A DNA stretch of 64,000 nt from the human T2T-CHM13v2.0 reference genome, Homo sapiens, in NCBI RefSeq assembly GCF_009914755.1, contig NC_060925.1; one strand, given 5' to 3'. The notes under the pieces are model-generated. The model had not been told where the DNA came from and did not search any database. It saw only the letters and a list, made by a program, of their open reading frames with translations. A program made the translations under genes and the position numbers. Positions 1 to 13,889 of the stretch are shown piece by piece. Every line of letters begins with the position of its first letter. The stretch's first letter is position 1.

Positions 1-799
1 TGTTCTTAAAATCAAAAGTCCAGAACCTGCAAAGCCAAATTTATGAGTCAAACTTACAAACTTGCCAAACCTTTTGGTAACATTATGTTATTTTGTGACT
101 TATAAATTTGACACATATTTAAAATATAAAAATTCAAATGAGATTGTAATAGTTGAACTACAATCAAAACACACTAGAAAACTGAATGCAAATTCTTTAA
201 AACATTGCTAATAATGGAATGACGTTTTGTTTTTGTTCTCCTCCTTCCCAGCAGGTATCATTATTGTGTATATCATTATTTTGATGCATCCTTTCAGTTC
301 TGTGTATTTTTTGCTTCATACACTAATATACAAACAATGGTTTTAATATTTTACTTTAAAGTTTTACTGTTGCATAATTGAACTCTATGCTTTTAAGATA
401 TAGCCATGATCTTTTAAAATTAATCATATTGGATCACATGAATATGAAATATTTTATCCAGTTTCTTAATAAAGAACATTTTTCTTTGCTATTACACAAA
501 ATTCTTTAATGAACATATGTTTATCATTTCTTCATAGATCATCTCTTTCTTCATTGTGTGGTGCCCCTCTTTATTGTTATTGTTGCTTGTCCTTTTAAAC
601 TTTTTTTAATATTGATATTTCTCTACCAATTTCATATTGGCTATTATTTGCCTGCTGTATATTTCTCATTTTATTTTATTTTTTGTTTCATTTTTGTTTC
701 GAGCATGTCTCTTATTTCTACCATACAGTTTAACTTTTCAAAACCCAAATTAATAGCCTTTTTATAAATAGGTTATTTTAATCCCTTTTAAAAATTACC

Positions 800-935
800 T
801 ATGACACATATTATGTTCTAGAATTTTTCAAAGCACTTTATATGTATTAATTCTTGGAACACTCAAAAACAACCCTATGAGATAGGTCCTATTATTATTC
901 CTGTACATAGAAGAGAAAAATTGATGCCCAGGAAC
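800..935. mobile_element. MIR fragment
   Basis: MIR core-like sequence: aacaaccctatgagataggtcctattattattcc...aaaattgatgcccag. Confidence 0.6.
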
Positions 936-1589
936 ATCCACATATTTATTTGTGTGTTTTACTTCGATTTATTAGTGAAACTGATTTTCTATCTGCAGTA
1001 GTAATATGAAGTTCCATTTTTAATTATTCATTTTATTTGAAGTAAAATATTCAGTATAATATGAAGATGCTATATAAATGACTAAAATTTAGGAAATATT
1101 AACTTAGCTAATTTATTTTTATTAATTCGTAATAAAACGTACATAAAGCCTTTAATAAAGGCTAGATATCTTCATTTTAGAATGACTTATGTTATCTATT
1201 TGAAATAATGTTTTTACTTTGCTTAGAGTTTGGGTTTTTTTTTTTTAACTTTGGACTTGTCTGATAATAATATTGACCTGCTTTCTTCTTGTTGATACTT
1301 GCCTGGTTTGTTCTTGTTTGTTTTACTTTGCTTTCTGTTTAAGGTAGGGGATGTGATTGGTGTCCTGCTGAGGGACAAGGGAAAAGTGCAATGGTTTTCT
1401 CTTGCCTGTGTTCTAAATCTCAACACCTGGCTGACAAAATTGATTGCGAGGTTCAAATTGTATCAATCAAAATGTTCTCCTTATTCAAACTAAAGACTTT
1501 TGCAAATTCTAATTTAGGATACCTCCCAGCCTGGGAGATTACCAGTGGGTTTCCTAGAGGAAGCTTAACAGAAAATTTGCAAGATACAC

Positions 1590-2800
1590 CCATAAAAGTC
1601 TCCCAGAAAGTAGAGCAAATATTCAAAGAGAAGGAAAATAAAAGAAGTAAATAAAATTAGAGAAACAGTTCAGTATGTCCAACATGTGAATAATGTAGGG
1701 GAAACATTAGGAAAAAATGGAATAAACCTTAAAAAAATAAATTCAGAAAAATATATTGTAGAACTAGCAGATATGAACTAGCCAGAATGAGTTATGTCAA
1801 CAAGAAATGTTAGAATACCAAGGGCAAAGAGAAGAGACTGGAATCTTTCAGAGAGAAAAATAAATAAGCAAAGGATTAGAAATCCTTAGACTTCACAACA
1901 ACAATATCGGAAGCCAGACAGCAGTTGAATGATGTCTTCAAATTGTTAACGGAAAATTATTTCCAACTTTATATTCTATACCCAGAGAAATCAAGTGTGT
2001 GAAGAGAATTAAAATGTTTTCACATGATCAAGATGTCAAAAAATTTACTTCTTATCTACACTTTTCAAGAAAACGCCTCAAGTAAGTGCTCCACCGTAAC
2101 TAGGAGTAAACAAAGGAAGAGGAAATTATGGACTTAGAAAATAGGGTCTTCGACACAAGAGACAGATGTGGCATATTGCCTGGAGGAGGCTATGACAGCT
2201 GTGCACTTACCTTAGAGAGCAACCATCTCAGATGGAAGCAGGTCACAGCCTCTGGAATAGATTTACTCAAAAAGATAAAATTGCTAATGCCTTGAATATA
2301 CTGAGAAGGAATTTAGCTGATTGGGGGAGAGTTTGAGGGTTACATTTATAAGTCTTAGAAAAGTAACCAAAGGGAAAAAGCATGACAGTTATTAAACTGA
2401 CAAATAAAGATAGTTGTATTTTGCAGAAAAGGGAAAATAATCATTATCAAATTTGAATGGCCATAGTTATAATAAATCAAACGTTGAATATTGATCTAAC
2501 TGAAATGTTGATGTAACTATACTGAAAGGATGGGGAGATGGAAAGAATGTAGAAGTTTGGAGAGATTCAGACACGGTGAAAAAAAAAACATTAATCTTCG
2601 TCTTCAGTAGTGAGAAGTCATGATCTGATACCTAAAACCATAAACTGGACAGACAGAAATAAAAACCAAGAGGTAATCTTTAGAGATGTGGAAGTATATA
2701 CCCAGGAACTGGAAGGGATGCCTCTGTGCAAGGATAAGTGGCGGAGAGGTAGCAAGGGTGATGACTGTTTAGGTTGGATGTCTTGCAGAACTTTTTTATT
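1590..2800 (+). mobile_element. HAL1 (half-L1) / old L1 ORF1-like element
   Basis: aaaattatttccaac..tattctatacccag..gtgctccacc..gagtaaacaaaggaagagg resembles the recalled HAL1 consensus. Confidence 0.6.
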
Positions 2801-2999
2801 CCTAAGACTAAGTGCACGTACAGAAACTTTGCAAAACACTAAAATTACCAACTCAGAAAGTTAACCAACCTCTCTCTCCATTCTCCAGAAAAACTTCAAT
2901 TCCTCAATGTGCTGGATTCCATTACCCCTCAGAGACACTACCCACTCTTTTTCTTACTTTGTCTGGTTATTTCTCTTAATTGACCCATAGAATAAGTTA

Positions 3000-4430
3000 A
3001 TACTGTAACTTTGCTGTCTCAGCTCTCATGTTAAAAACAAACAAAAGCTGCTCTGACTTTGCATCCCACTTCAACTCCCTCCTCATTTCCAGGACATATT
3101 TGATCACCATCTTCACTTCACTTCTCATTCTTTCTTCATCCTATTACAATCTGCCTTCAGTACATGTCACTCCATTCATACTGCCCTTTCCAGGGTCACC
3201 AGTGACCTGCAAGGTGCAAATACAATGAACAATTAGTTTCCTATGTTTGCAGCAGCATTGACACAATTGACACCCCTTCTCCTTGGAAATACCTCTTTCT
3301 CGCTCTTTGAAATATCAAAGTCTCCGTATTTCCCTCTCCCAAACTTCCACTTTGTTTCACTACCTATTCCTTCACACTGTTCTTTGACAGATTTTCACTT
3401 ATAAATAGGGAAGGGCCTCAGGGCTCACTCCTAAATAGTCTTTCCTCTTTAATTCATTTTTAAAAATATAGTGGGACCTCAGGTACAGAGTGTTGAGTAA
3501 ATACACTGACCTTATGACATGTTATGGAGTATAAGATCCATTCTTATTTTATTTAAATATTTCATTTCTATTCCTATTTTCTATTCATATTTTTACTCTC
3601 TTTTTTGATTTCAATAGTTTTGGGGAAACAGGTGGCTTTTGACTACATGGATAAGTTTTTTAGTGGTGATTTCTGAGATTTTGTTGCACCCATCACCTAA
3701 GCAGTGTACACTGTACCCAATGTTTAAGTTTTTCATCCTTCACCCCCTCCCATCCTTCCCCCTGAGTCCCCAAAGTCCATTATATGGTTCTTATGACTTT
3801 GAGTCCTCATAGCTTAGCTTCACTTAGCTTCTTATTCTCCTATACCCTTTCTCCTTTCAAACCCCTAGAAAACTATTATAATGTGTTTATTTTGTATCCT
3901 TTTGTTTAGATGTATTCTTGTAAAATTTGTACAGTTGTTTTGTGCAGTTTAAATTTTTATGTAAATGGTATTGAATTATGCATGCTATTCCCTTTCTTAA
4001 CTATCTTCTCAATCAGTTATCTTTCCATAGGTGAAATCTTCATTCCCATGATTTTCAGTACCATCTTTATGTTGATATACTGATGGTGCCAAACTTATTT
4101 TTCCAACCTAGGTTTCTCCAAGCTCCAGATTTACATTTCCAACTGTGTGCTTAGTATCTCTATCTAACTCAATACTCACATCTCAAACTTAATATACCTA
4201 AATGATAAATCTTAGTTGGCACCCCGCCCTAGTCTTTCATGCTCAGTAAACTACTACCAGTTAGTCAAGCTAGAAACCTGCAAGTCTTCCTTGATTCCTG
4301 AACTCTGCCTCCATTTCCCAAACATATGCGTACACTATGCCAAATTTACCAGCAGATCCTGGTCATTTAACACAAACTTATATCTTGAATCCATTCACTT
4401 TCCTCTCTTTTTACTTTCACCAATATATAT
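3000..4430 (+). mobile_element. L2 fragments, interrupted by L1 pieces
   Basis: gggtcaccagtgacct..gcagcattgacaca and catctcaaacttaata are L2 ORF2 signatures. Confidence 0.6.
3596..3830 (-). mobile_element. L1PB-type 3' end
   Basis: ttcaatagttttggggaaacagg..gcacccatcacc..gagtccccaaagtccatt. Confidence 0.75.
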
Positions 4431-5425
4431 TTGTTTAATAAAACAAGTAAACTAATAAGCCTGGTAGTTTCCTAGAATAGTGAACACAATAAAGGAAACA
4501 AGATGTTTAGAGAATGATTGAGAGGTTGCTTCTTTTAGATAAGGTGATCAAGCTAAGGATATTGTATCTGAGCTGAGAACTAAGCAATGAGAGCCAGCTA
4601 TACAATGATAGAAGAGTATTCTAGGCAGACAGCTGCAAGTACAAAGGGCTTGGTTAAACGAATAAACAATTGTTGAGCAAGCTGATGTCGTCAAAGGGAG
4701 ATAATTCTGTCAATTTCAACAGTCTGAGAATGATGAAAACATCGGAGTAAATATTGTTTTAATTAATCCTTTGCTAAATTTTAATTTCTTTTCATAAATG
4801 TTTATTATTTCCAATAATGCTGATTTGTTAAATATATAAATATGTGTAAAGTGGAAATATTCAGTGTCTGATGTAAGGTATTCTCCTCTTGGAGTCATTC
4901 TATTGTAAAAGTACCAGTTTTAGGGATTAACAAATAGCTGAATCCCAACAAGGATGAATTGCTTACTGCTATTGACACAAATTGCTCTATAAATCCCTAC
5001 TTATCCTACAGTCTCAAGTTCTTCAGGCTCAGAGAATGGGGGAAGCTAGTCTATCAGTTCTTCTCTCCCTCAAGGACATCATCCAGAGAAAGGAGTGATT
5101 GTGATCTTGAACCTTCCTGAGGCTCCTCCAACACAATGCTTTCTACCTGACTTTTAGGAAGAACAGAGGGATAAGTAGCCATGGTCAAAATTGTAAGTTT
5201 ATAATAGTTAAGCTTTTTTCAAGCTTTTGCTGCCCTTTCTCTTTCAGGCACTCTGGACTCTCATGTTATCCTACAATTTCTAAAAGTCATCAACTGGATC
5301 ATTCTACTCAGATCTGTTTTCTCCTGCCTAATCTTATACAAAAGTTTATTACCTCTTCCTTCCTCTTCCAACTCAAAGATCATCAAATCCAAATTATTCA
5401 GATGTTATTATAAAATGTAGCTATC

Positions 5426-5872
5426 CAGAGACATGGAATCAACCCATCAGTGGCAGATTGGATAAAGAAAATATGGTGCATGTACACCATGGAATACGGT
5501 GCATCCATAAAAAAGCATGAGCTCATGTCCTTTGCAGGAACATGGATAGAGCTGGAGGCCATTATCCTTAGCAAACTAACGTAGGAACAGAAAATCAAAT
5601 ACTGCATGTTCTCACTTATAAGTGGGACCTAAATTATGAGAACACACGGATACAAAGAAGGGGACAACAGACACTGAGGCCTACTTGAACGTGGAGGATG
5701 GGAGGAGGGAGAGGTTCAGAAAAAATAGCTATTGGGTACTAGGTTTAGTACCTGAGTGATGAAATAATCTGTACAACAAACCCCTGTGACACAAGTTTAC
5801 CCAAATAGCAAACCTGCAGATGTATCCTTGAACCTAAAAGTTAAATTAAGATAAAATAAAGTTAAAAAATAA
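5426..5872 (+). mobile_element. 5'-truncated older L1PA 3' end
   Basis: ggataaagaaaatatggtg..catgttctcacttataagtggg..A-rich tail; degenerate TSD taaaatgtagctatc / taaaatatatctatc. Confidence 0.85.
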
Positions 5873-8129
5873 AATATATCTATCAATTTAAGTTTCATTT
5901 AGTTTGGATTGTCAAAAAAAATAAAAGCAACATGAGATATGAAAATTGTCACTTTTTTGGAGAAACAGTCATTTATTACTGACTCTCCCTATAACAGAAA
6001 TTGAGGACATTTCTGAGAGGTAATAACAAAATTATCTATTCTAAGAATGAACTGAGAAAACTGGGACTTACTATAAAAGTAATAATAATCATTACTTATC
6101 AGTCTATTAGCATGTTGTTTACATGCTGCACAGACTTCATGATTAATAATTAATTTCTTTTATCTCAACTATTGACTTGACATAATTTTTTGGCCCATAA
6201 GTGGAGAGTTATTTGACCCGCCTAATAAGAGATGTAGAAACATCATAGAACAATAGTTATCAGCATCTTTATAGTCAGTTTTAATGTCATAAAACACTGT
6301 TTTAGCCAGATTATTTGTGAGGTGGGTCACAATTTGTTATACATAGGAGTTAAAGTATCAAAATTTGAAAATTATTTTAAAAATAAGTAAAGCAGGTGCA
6401 ATACGTTTTTACTCAGATAATATAGTATTAATATGTGTGCTTCTTTGAGTCAAAGAAAAAGGGTAAGTTTCTAGCTATTAAGCAGAGAATTGTATGTAAA
6501 CTTCAGGCTATCTTATCTGTGCCCAAACTGCTAATATTAGTACTTCCATGAGAGTTCATCTTTTAGATGAATAACATTGAAAATGAAATGTGTCATGTGT
6601 TGTGGAAAAGGGTTTTGAACTTCTAGGCTTAAAGAGAGCAAGTAGCACAACGATCTCTAGTTTTGTCCCATATGGGCTATGTAGATACCAAAGGAACAGC
6701 TATTCCTAAGACAGACCTCACTGATATTGCATACGGAGTGAGTGCTGAATCACCCATAAGCACAAGGCAGAAGCAAAATTAATCTTCTCTAAAGCAATAC
6801 ACTGATGCCTGAAGCCTCAAACTACTTACAAGTAGGTTTTTTTTTTTTTTCAACTACCATTTTGAGCACTCAAAGCTTAAAATGCTCACAGGGAAATTAG
6901 ATAACATAAGTGTCTACAAACGATAAATAACCATCAAAACAAAGCCACAGTAGAAATTATCAGACACAGACCGTAAGACATTCATGTTTATTATGTTAAG
7001 TAATAAACATAAACTTGAGGATTTTGGCAAGGGTGCTGGAAACTAAAAATATTGTGGTACATATGAAAAATAAAATAAAAATTCCAGAACTAAAAAATTG
7101 CAATAATCAAAGTTAAGAGCATAATGGATGAGTTTATCAGCTGACTAGACAGTAGAAAAAAGAATTGGGAAATTCAATAATACATTAAAATACATAATGC
7201 ATTAACATAACTATCCATAGCGAAGCACAAAAGGACAAGCAATGAAAATACAGATTAAAGGATAAGAGACAAGGGAAGAAACCAATCTCTATTAAGCAAC
7301 CCAATGATTTCCTGCTAGGATCTATAAAAATAAATTTTTATGTAGATACATCTTAGTGAAACGACAGAAAGCCGAAGACTCAAGTTAAAAGATAAAGATT
7401 AAAGACTAGACTGGATTTTAAAACGTTCAACAGAATGCTGTTTACAAAGGCCACATAAGAATAAAAGAAAGTTGAAACCAAAAGGTTGGAAATGATATAA
7501 TATGTAAATGCTAACCTAAATATAAAAGCTAATAGTACTATCAAATAAAGTTTAAGGCAAAAATAATTATTTGCTTCATAATAATAAAAGCTTTAGTTTA
7601 CCAGTAATGGATAGCAGCTTTAAATGTGGATTGTTCCATATAGATAGAAATGCTGAAGAAACAGACAAATACCAATCACAGCGTGAGATTATTTAACATA
7701 ACCTTTTTCAGTAATTGACAAAACAAGCATACCAAAAGTTAGCGAGAATACAAAAGTTTTGAACACATGATTAATAAACTTGACCTAATGGATATGTATA
7801 GGAAAATATATACATTAATTTCAGAATATATATATATAAAATATATATATATTCTGAAATACTTGAATATATATATATTTCAAGTACACACAAAGCATTT
7901 ACACAAATTTACCACTTTATGGCCATACAATGAGTCTTAACCCGTTTCACATGTTTGAAAATCTATAGCACATATTAGCTGGCCTCACTGGAATTTTGCT
8001 AAAAACCAATAACAATAAGAAAACTAGGATGTGCCATGCATTTGGAACTTAAGAAATAAACCTGTATTCCACCCTGTACTGGAGGTACTAGCCAGCATGG
8101 AAAGAATCATTCAATCAGTCAGTAGCAGG

Positions 8130-8131
<2 letters not shown>

Positions 8132-8169
<38 letters not shown>
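8132..8169 (+). repeat. (GA)n microsatellite
   Basis: Pure GA dinucleotide run. Confidence 0.95.
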
Positions 8170-8172
<3 letters not shown>

Positions 8173-9626
8173 TACCATGATTGTGGTGAAGAGAAAAATC
8201 CACCATTCAGTCAACAGGAAAGAAAGACAAAAAGGAATGAAGGAAGGAAGGAAAGAAGGAAGGAAGGGACTGTCATTGCGATTGGGTGAAAAGAAAAATC
8301 AAAAAATCTACAGACAAAATCAATAGAATTAATAACTTTTGCAGTGCTGCTGCATACAAGCTCACAAAATGGAAAATAATGTGTTTCTAAATACTATTAA
8401 TAGTAGAAAATGAAATGAAAGATATTATTTACAATAAAATTTAAAAAATCAATTACCTAAACATAATAATAGGGGATCAAACCTCTACAGGGAAAGAATA
8501 TAACTTTGTAAGCCTTGGAGATGACAAACAGATGGTGGGGAGGGGCATATCATATTCTGAATGGAAAGACGCAGTAGTCAAAATAGTTATTCTTTCCAGA
8601 TAGATGTATAACTTCGAAGCAATCCCAGTCAAAAATCCCAACCATATTTTTATTTTAGGGATTTTTAAAATGGAATTAACAGGCTGATTCTAAAACAGAT
8701 GGAAATACAAAGCACCAAGAATAGTCAATACATTATTAATGAAGGACAAGGTGGGTGAATTGATGAAGATATTAAGGATTGTATTAAAGCTATTGTAATT
8801 TGGCTTTGGAACTGGCATTAGTAGGTATAGTATGGGCAGTATAGACTATATGGAATGAAATAGAATAGAAACCTGGAACGAGACCCACACATATATGAAC
8901 ACTGGACCTACACCAAAGGCAATGCGGGAAAAGGAAAGTCTTTTCATTTATTGGTACAGGGAATATTGGGTATTCATTTGGAAAACAAATAAAATTTTGA
9001 CATCTATATCACAGCATTCCAAAAACAAAAAAACTAACTCCATGTTGATCATAGACCTAAAAATGAAAGGTAAATTATAACTATTTTAGAAGTCAACATG
9101 GAAGAATATCCTCATGACCTCAAGATTATACAAAAAAAGTGATAAAACATGACATGAAAAACTCTAACCACAAGGGAAAAGAATGTATTAAATGAAGAAT
9201 ATTCTTTCATCAAAAGACACCACTAGGAAAGCAAAAAGGCAAGCCACAGAGTGAATGAAATGTTATTTGTGACATATCTAAGTACTAAAGTTCATATGCA
9301 ATGGGACTCAAAAAAGGAAAAAAAAATTCCCACCCTCCCCCCCCAAAAATTAACACTACCTATACAGAAGAAGAAAAAGAAGTTGTGAATGAACAGGTAA
9401 AAATGTGCTCAACTTCACTGATAATCAAAGGACTGCAAATTAAAAGAACACTGAAATATAAAGCACATCTACCAGACTGGCAAAAATTAAAAATTCTTGG
9501 CAATACATACATTGGTGAGGATACAGCAGAAGACAAATTTTACACATTGTGTTAAGTAAAAGCTAATGCACTACTTTGGAATGTAACTTTCGTTTATTCA
9601 GAAAGGTTAAAAATATGCATAAACAT

Positions 9627-10024
<398 letters not shown>

Positions 10025-11455
10025 TTATTCATGATATTAAAAATTTGGAAACACCCCAAATGTCCATCAACAGCACAATGGACAAATAATAAATGACGAT
10101 AAAAATGAATGAACTGGAAAAACATGCAACAACACAAATGGATCTTAAGAGATATAATATTGAGAAAAAGAAGCAAGTTGTAAAAAAATAAACAGTATAA
10201 GTTCATTTATAGGAAAGTTCAAAAAAGTCAACACTAAACTATTTTAGGGATGCATCTATCATGGTACAATTATACATAAAAGCAAAGAAAGTTGGTATGG
10301 CAGTTACCTCTACGAAGGAGGGGTGATTAACAGGGGGCACGTTAGACTTCTGGGATTCTGGCAATATTCTCTCTCTGCACCTAAATGGTAGTTACATGGA
10401 TACTTGCTTTACAGTAACTTATTATACTGTTCATTTGTGTTATAGTTCATAATTTTTAAAAGATTTTTTAACAATGATACATATTGATACTGAGGAATTG
10501 ATACGTATTCTCTACATATTGATATTGAAGAATTCTCAAGCTATATGTTGTAAAGTGAGAAATATGATGTGGAAAAAGTTTTTAAATGTATGTTTAAAAA
10601 GAAAGGAAGGAAGGGAATGAGAGAGTGAGAGAAAGAGAGAGAGAAAAGGAGAGAGAGGAAGAACAAGAAAGACATAATCAACGTGTAGAAGAATACGGTA
10701 ACCCACACACCAAAACAGTTGTTGTCTTTGGGCAGGAGGAATAGGTGGCCAAGGGTCAAGGTTAGCAGGATTACTATTCACCGTGTACTCTTTTGTGTCT
10801 TTAATTTCATGCCATGTTAATGTATTACCTATTCAAAATAAATAAAATACCTAATCATGCTTATCCACAAGGGGTCACTATTGAATGCCATTTAACTCTA
10901 GTTCCTAACCAGGGAAAAAAACGTTCTGAATTCTTTATGTGCTTAACAGGAAGTGAAGAAACAACTTCATTTATGTTCTTATTTTACATTACACCACATC
11001 ATGTTCCAGAAAACAATTGCCATTCGCAAATCATGCACAAAAGTATAACATTTAAAACGGAGTGAAAAAGACAAAAAAGTGAATAGATAATATGAAGTCG
11101 GGAATGAGTTTACAGAAGCGTTGTGTCAGTCATCTCCCCTAGTGGTAATTAGACTCTAAATTTTCGATTCTAAAATTAGATTCTAAATTTTCTAGCATCT
11201 GGGCTGAAAAAAAAAAGGGGAAGTATGGTCAGTTACACAATTCAAAATGTTGATCGGGAGAATATTAAGACCTTGCAGAGAATTTTCCCTGGTAGAGCCT
11301 GTTAAAAACAATCCATGAGGACCCTTTAGATGAAATTTTTGATTGGTCTTAACCACAAAAATGATCCACAGATGAATTATGAAACCATGTCATCTTACTC
11401 TCTAAGGGAGGTATAAGATGTTTTTGGACTTCAGATGAGAAGGGCTCCATTCATG

Positions 11456-11480
11456 GTTAATCATGAATGAAAACGAAACT
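11456..11480 (+). promoter_or_regulatory. Abutting HNF1-like site and ISRE/IRF element
   Basis: GTTAATCATGAAT (11456-11468, 11/13 to GTTAATNATTAAC) followed by GAAAACGAAACT (11469-11480, exact GAAANNGAAACT). Confidence 0.5.
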
Positions 11481-11644
11481 AAGAATATATGCTGTAGAAA
11501 AAGAAGAAGAAAAGCCACAAGACTGCTTAAAAATTTCTGTGTCTTACACAGAAGATAGAAAAAATAGAGTGTCTCCAATTGGATGGATTTTTTAAAAAAT
11601 TTGGTTATTGTAATGGATTTATTTTTTCTTAGAGCTGAGCTGAT

Positions 11645-11656
11645 TGTACTTTGGCC
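11645..11656 (-). promoter_or_regulatory. HNF4-like DR1 site
   Basis: GGCCAAAGTACA on the minus strand, ~90 nt upstream of the TATA box. Confidence 0.45.
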
Positions 11657-11739
11657 AACTAATGGGTTAATACTGTCAAGGGAAATTAGCCCTGACTAAA
11701 CATTGCCGCTGGCTCATGAATGCACTAGGCTTGGGGCAG

Positions 11740-11746
11740 TATAAAA
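11740..11746 (+). promoter_or_regulatory. TATA box of KMO (TSS expected ~11770)
   Basis: TATAAAA 96 nt upstream of the KMO ATG in a promoter that is not a CpG island. Confidence 0.7.
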
Positions 11747-11835
11747 ACTCAGAGAAATCAGTGTGTAGGAGACACAGAAATCAGTGTCACTCAGTGACAG
11801 AAGCAACAATAATTGTGAAAAATACTTCAGCAGTT

Positions 11836-11889
11836 ATGGACTCATCTGTCATTCAAAGGAAAAAAGTAGCTGTCATTGGTGGTGGCTTG
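11836..11889 (+). CDS. KMO: KMO exon 1 coding part, MDSSVIQRKKVAVIGGGL
   Basis: ATG in strong Kozak context (gttATGg); donor TTG|gtaaga; first half of the Rossmann GxGxxG motif. Confidence 0.97.
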
Positions 11890-13009
11890 GTAAGAATTTT
11901 CAGATGGATTACTATTGTTGGTGGTATTATATTAACTATTATTACTCGTAATGATTATTATTCGTCACTTCTGCAAATTGTTAATTTTCTTGTGAAAACT
12001 CTGATATTTAAATACAGCTATTTTGTTTATTTTTTTAATATTTTTATTTTCATAGATTTAATATAGTATGAGTTTTAATCTGTTCTTTTTCAGGAAAGGT
12101 ATTTTATAGCCATTAAATACAAAGGTTTCTGTTTTCCCTCATCATTTTGGTTTAGGATTTGTTAAAAAGCAAAAATAATGCAAATTGAATTTGATTTTAT
12201 CCCCAAATTGGCTATGTTTTTAGGAACAGGAATTAGTCTCAATATTCATTTTAATAAAAACATTTGTTCCGCTTTGTTTAATAACTCAGTTAATGCTGTC
12301 TAATGAGAATAAAAGGGTCAAGAAACATGAAGCTAACGTCAAAGTATCATGTTGAATGTTCACTAGTTATATGAGTAATTGGGAATAAGATTTATGTGGT
12401 CGCCTGACTTACTTGACTCTTCCAGTGGAGCACCTAAGACAGTGGAGTGAGGTGTTCACCTCTCACTGAGCACGTGACGTAAAGGTGCTGGGGCTTCCCC
12501 CATACCTAACAAGACGGAAGGAGAGGTCACTCTCTGCTTTCATAGTTATGGTGCCAAAGGTAGTTCTGTTTAACATGGGTCTGCTCCGATTCAACTTTGC
12601 TTTTTCCCATCTCAGCAGAATTTCTGTTTCAGAATACAAACATCCCAGTTAGTCAAGGTTAAATCATTTCCCTATCACCTTTGGTCAAATCATTTGGAGA
12701 CTTTTCATTAATTATTCATATATCCACTCAACAAAAAATTTATTGAGGGCGTAACACTGTTCTAGGCTGAATATAGATGGTATATTTTATGCCACACATG
12801 TATTTATACAGTATATGCTGTCTTTTGTTCTGCCTTCCTTAGTGTCTTTTCCCCAAAGTGCTAGAACAGTTCTTTTAATATTTCTGATTCTAAATTTTCA
12901 TTTAGAAATGCTATCACATGATGTGTTGGTCACTGGTTGGGACATGTGTCGTCACTGCTTCATACTAGGCTTGTGTCCAATCTGTCCTATCAAAATGTTG
13001 CACAAAATG

Positions 13010-13680
13010 AGAATTCATGTGTTCAACAAAATCTGATTACTATGTACCAATATTGTTTTAGGTAGTAGGGATGCGAGGGTGAGAATTCCAGAGAAGAAAA
13101 AGACAAGGAAGAAGAAAACAAATAAGACAATTTCAGTTAAAGAGAAGCACTATGAAAGAAACGAAAACAGGGTAGTGCTGTAGAGAGTATCTTTGGGAGT
13201 ACCTGTTTAGAATGTGGTCAGGGACAGCTGCTCTGCTGAAGGGACATGTGACCAGAGACCTGAATGATCAGATAGAACTAACTACGTGAAGATCTTGAGA
13301 AAGAGCATTTCAGGCAGAGGGAACAGCAGGAAGAGAAACCCTCAGGCAATAATGAGCTGCCCAAGTTCAAGGAGCAGAAAGAAAGGCAGGAACTGCCTGA
13401 GGCCAGAGAAGAGTAGCTGATGAGGCCTGAAAAGCTGACAGACCAGATCTTGTAGGATCTTAGAGGTCCAGGCAAGAAGATCAGATTTTGTTCAAATTAC
13501 AATGGGAAACTATTGGAGGATTTTAGGCAGGAAATTAAGTTGTGATTTTAAAAGGTCCCTTGGACCATTATGTGGAGAATGACTAGGAACATTTTAAGAT
13601 GACAAGATAGACCAGTTAGGAGGCTGTTACGTTAGCTCAAGACTTGGACTAAGGTGGCAGCAGTGATGTCTCATTTTAAA
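13010..13680 (-). mobile_element. L2 3' portion
   Basis: cattccaggcagagggaacagc-like and aatgggaaactattggaggattttag motifs. Confidence 0.65.
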
Positions 13681-13889
13681 AATTGTCTCTTAGAAATCCA
13701 AGGGAGAGATAACAAATATGTGATTGTATATATGGTTTTGGGGGGCATAAAAATGTGGGTGTCATCCATGGATTTCTCCCTGAATAACATGAGATTGTCA
13801 TCATGTAACCACGTCATACATATGCTGGAAAATAGGAGACAAAAATTACTACTTGCGTATTAGGGAGCAACTAAAATTCCTCTGCAAAA

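Noticed and set aside
11890-12066. Continuation of ORF 11716..12066 past exon 1
   Set aside because: Read-through into low-complexity intron 1 after a strong gtaaga donor; KMO homology resumes only at 28239
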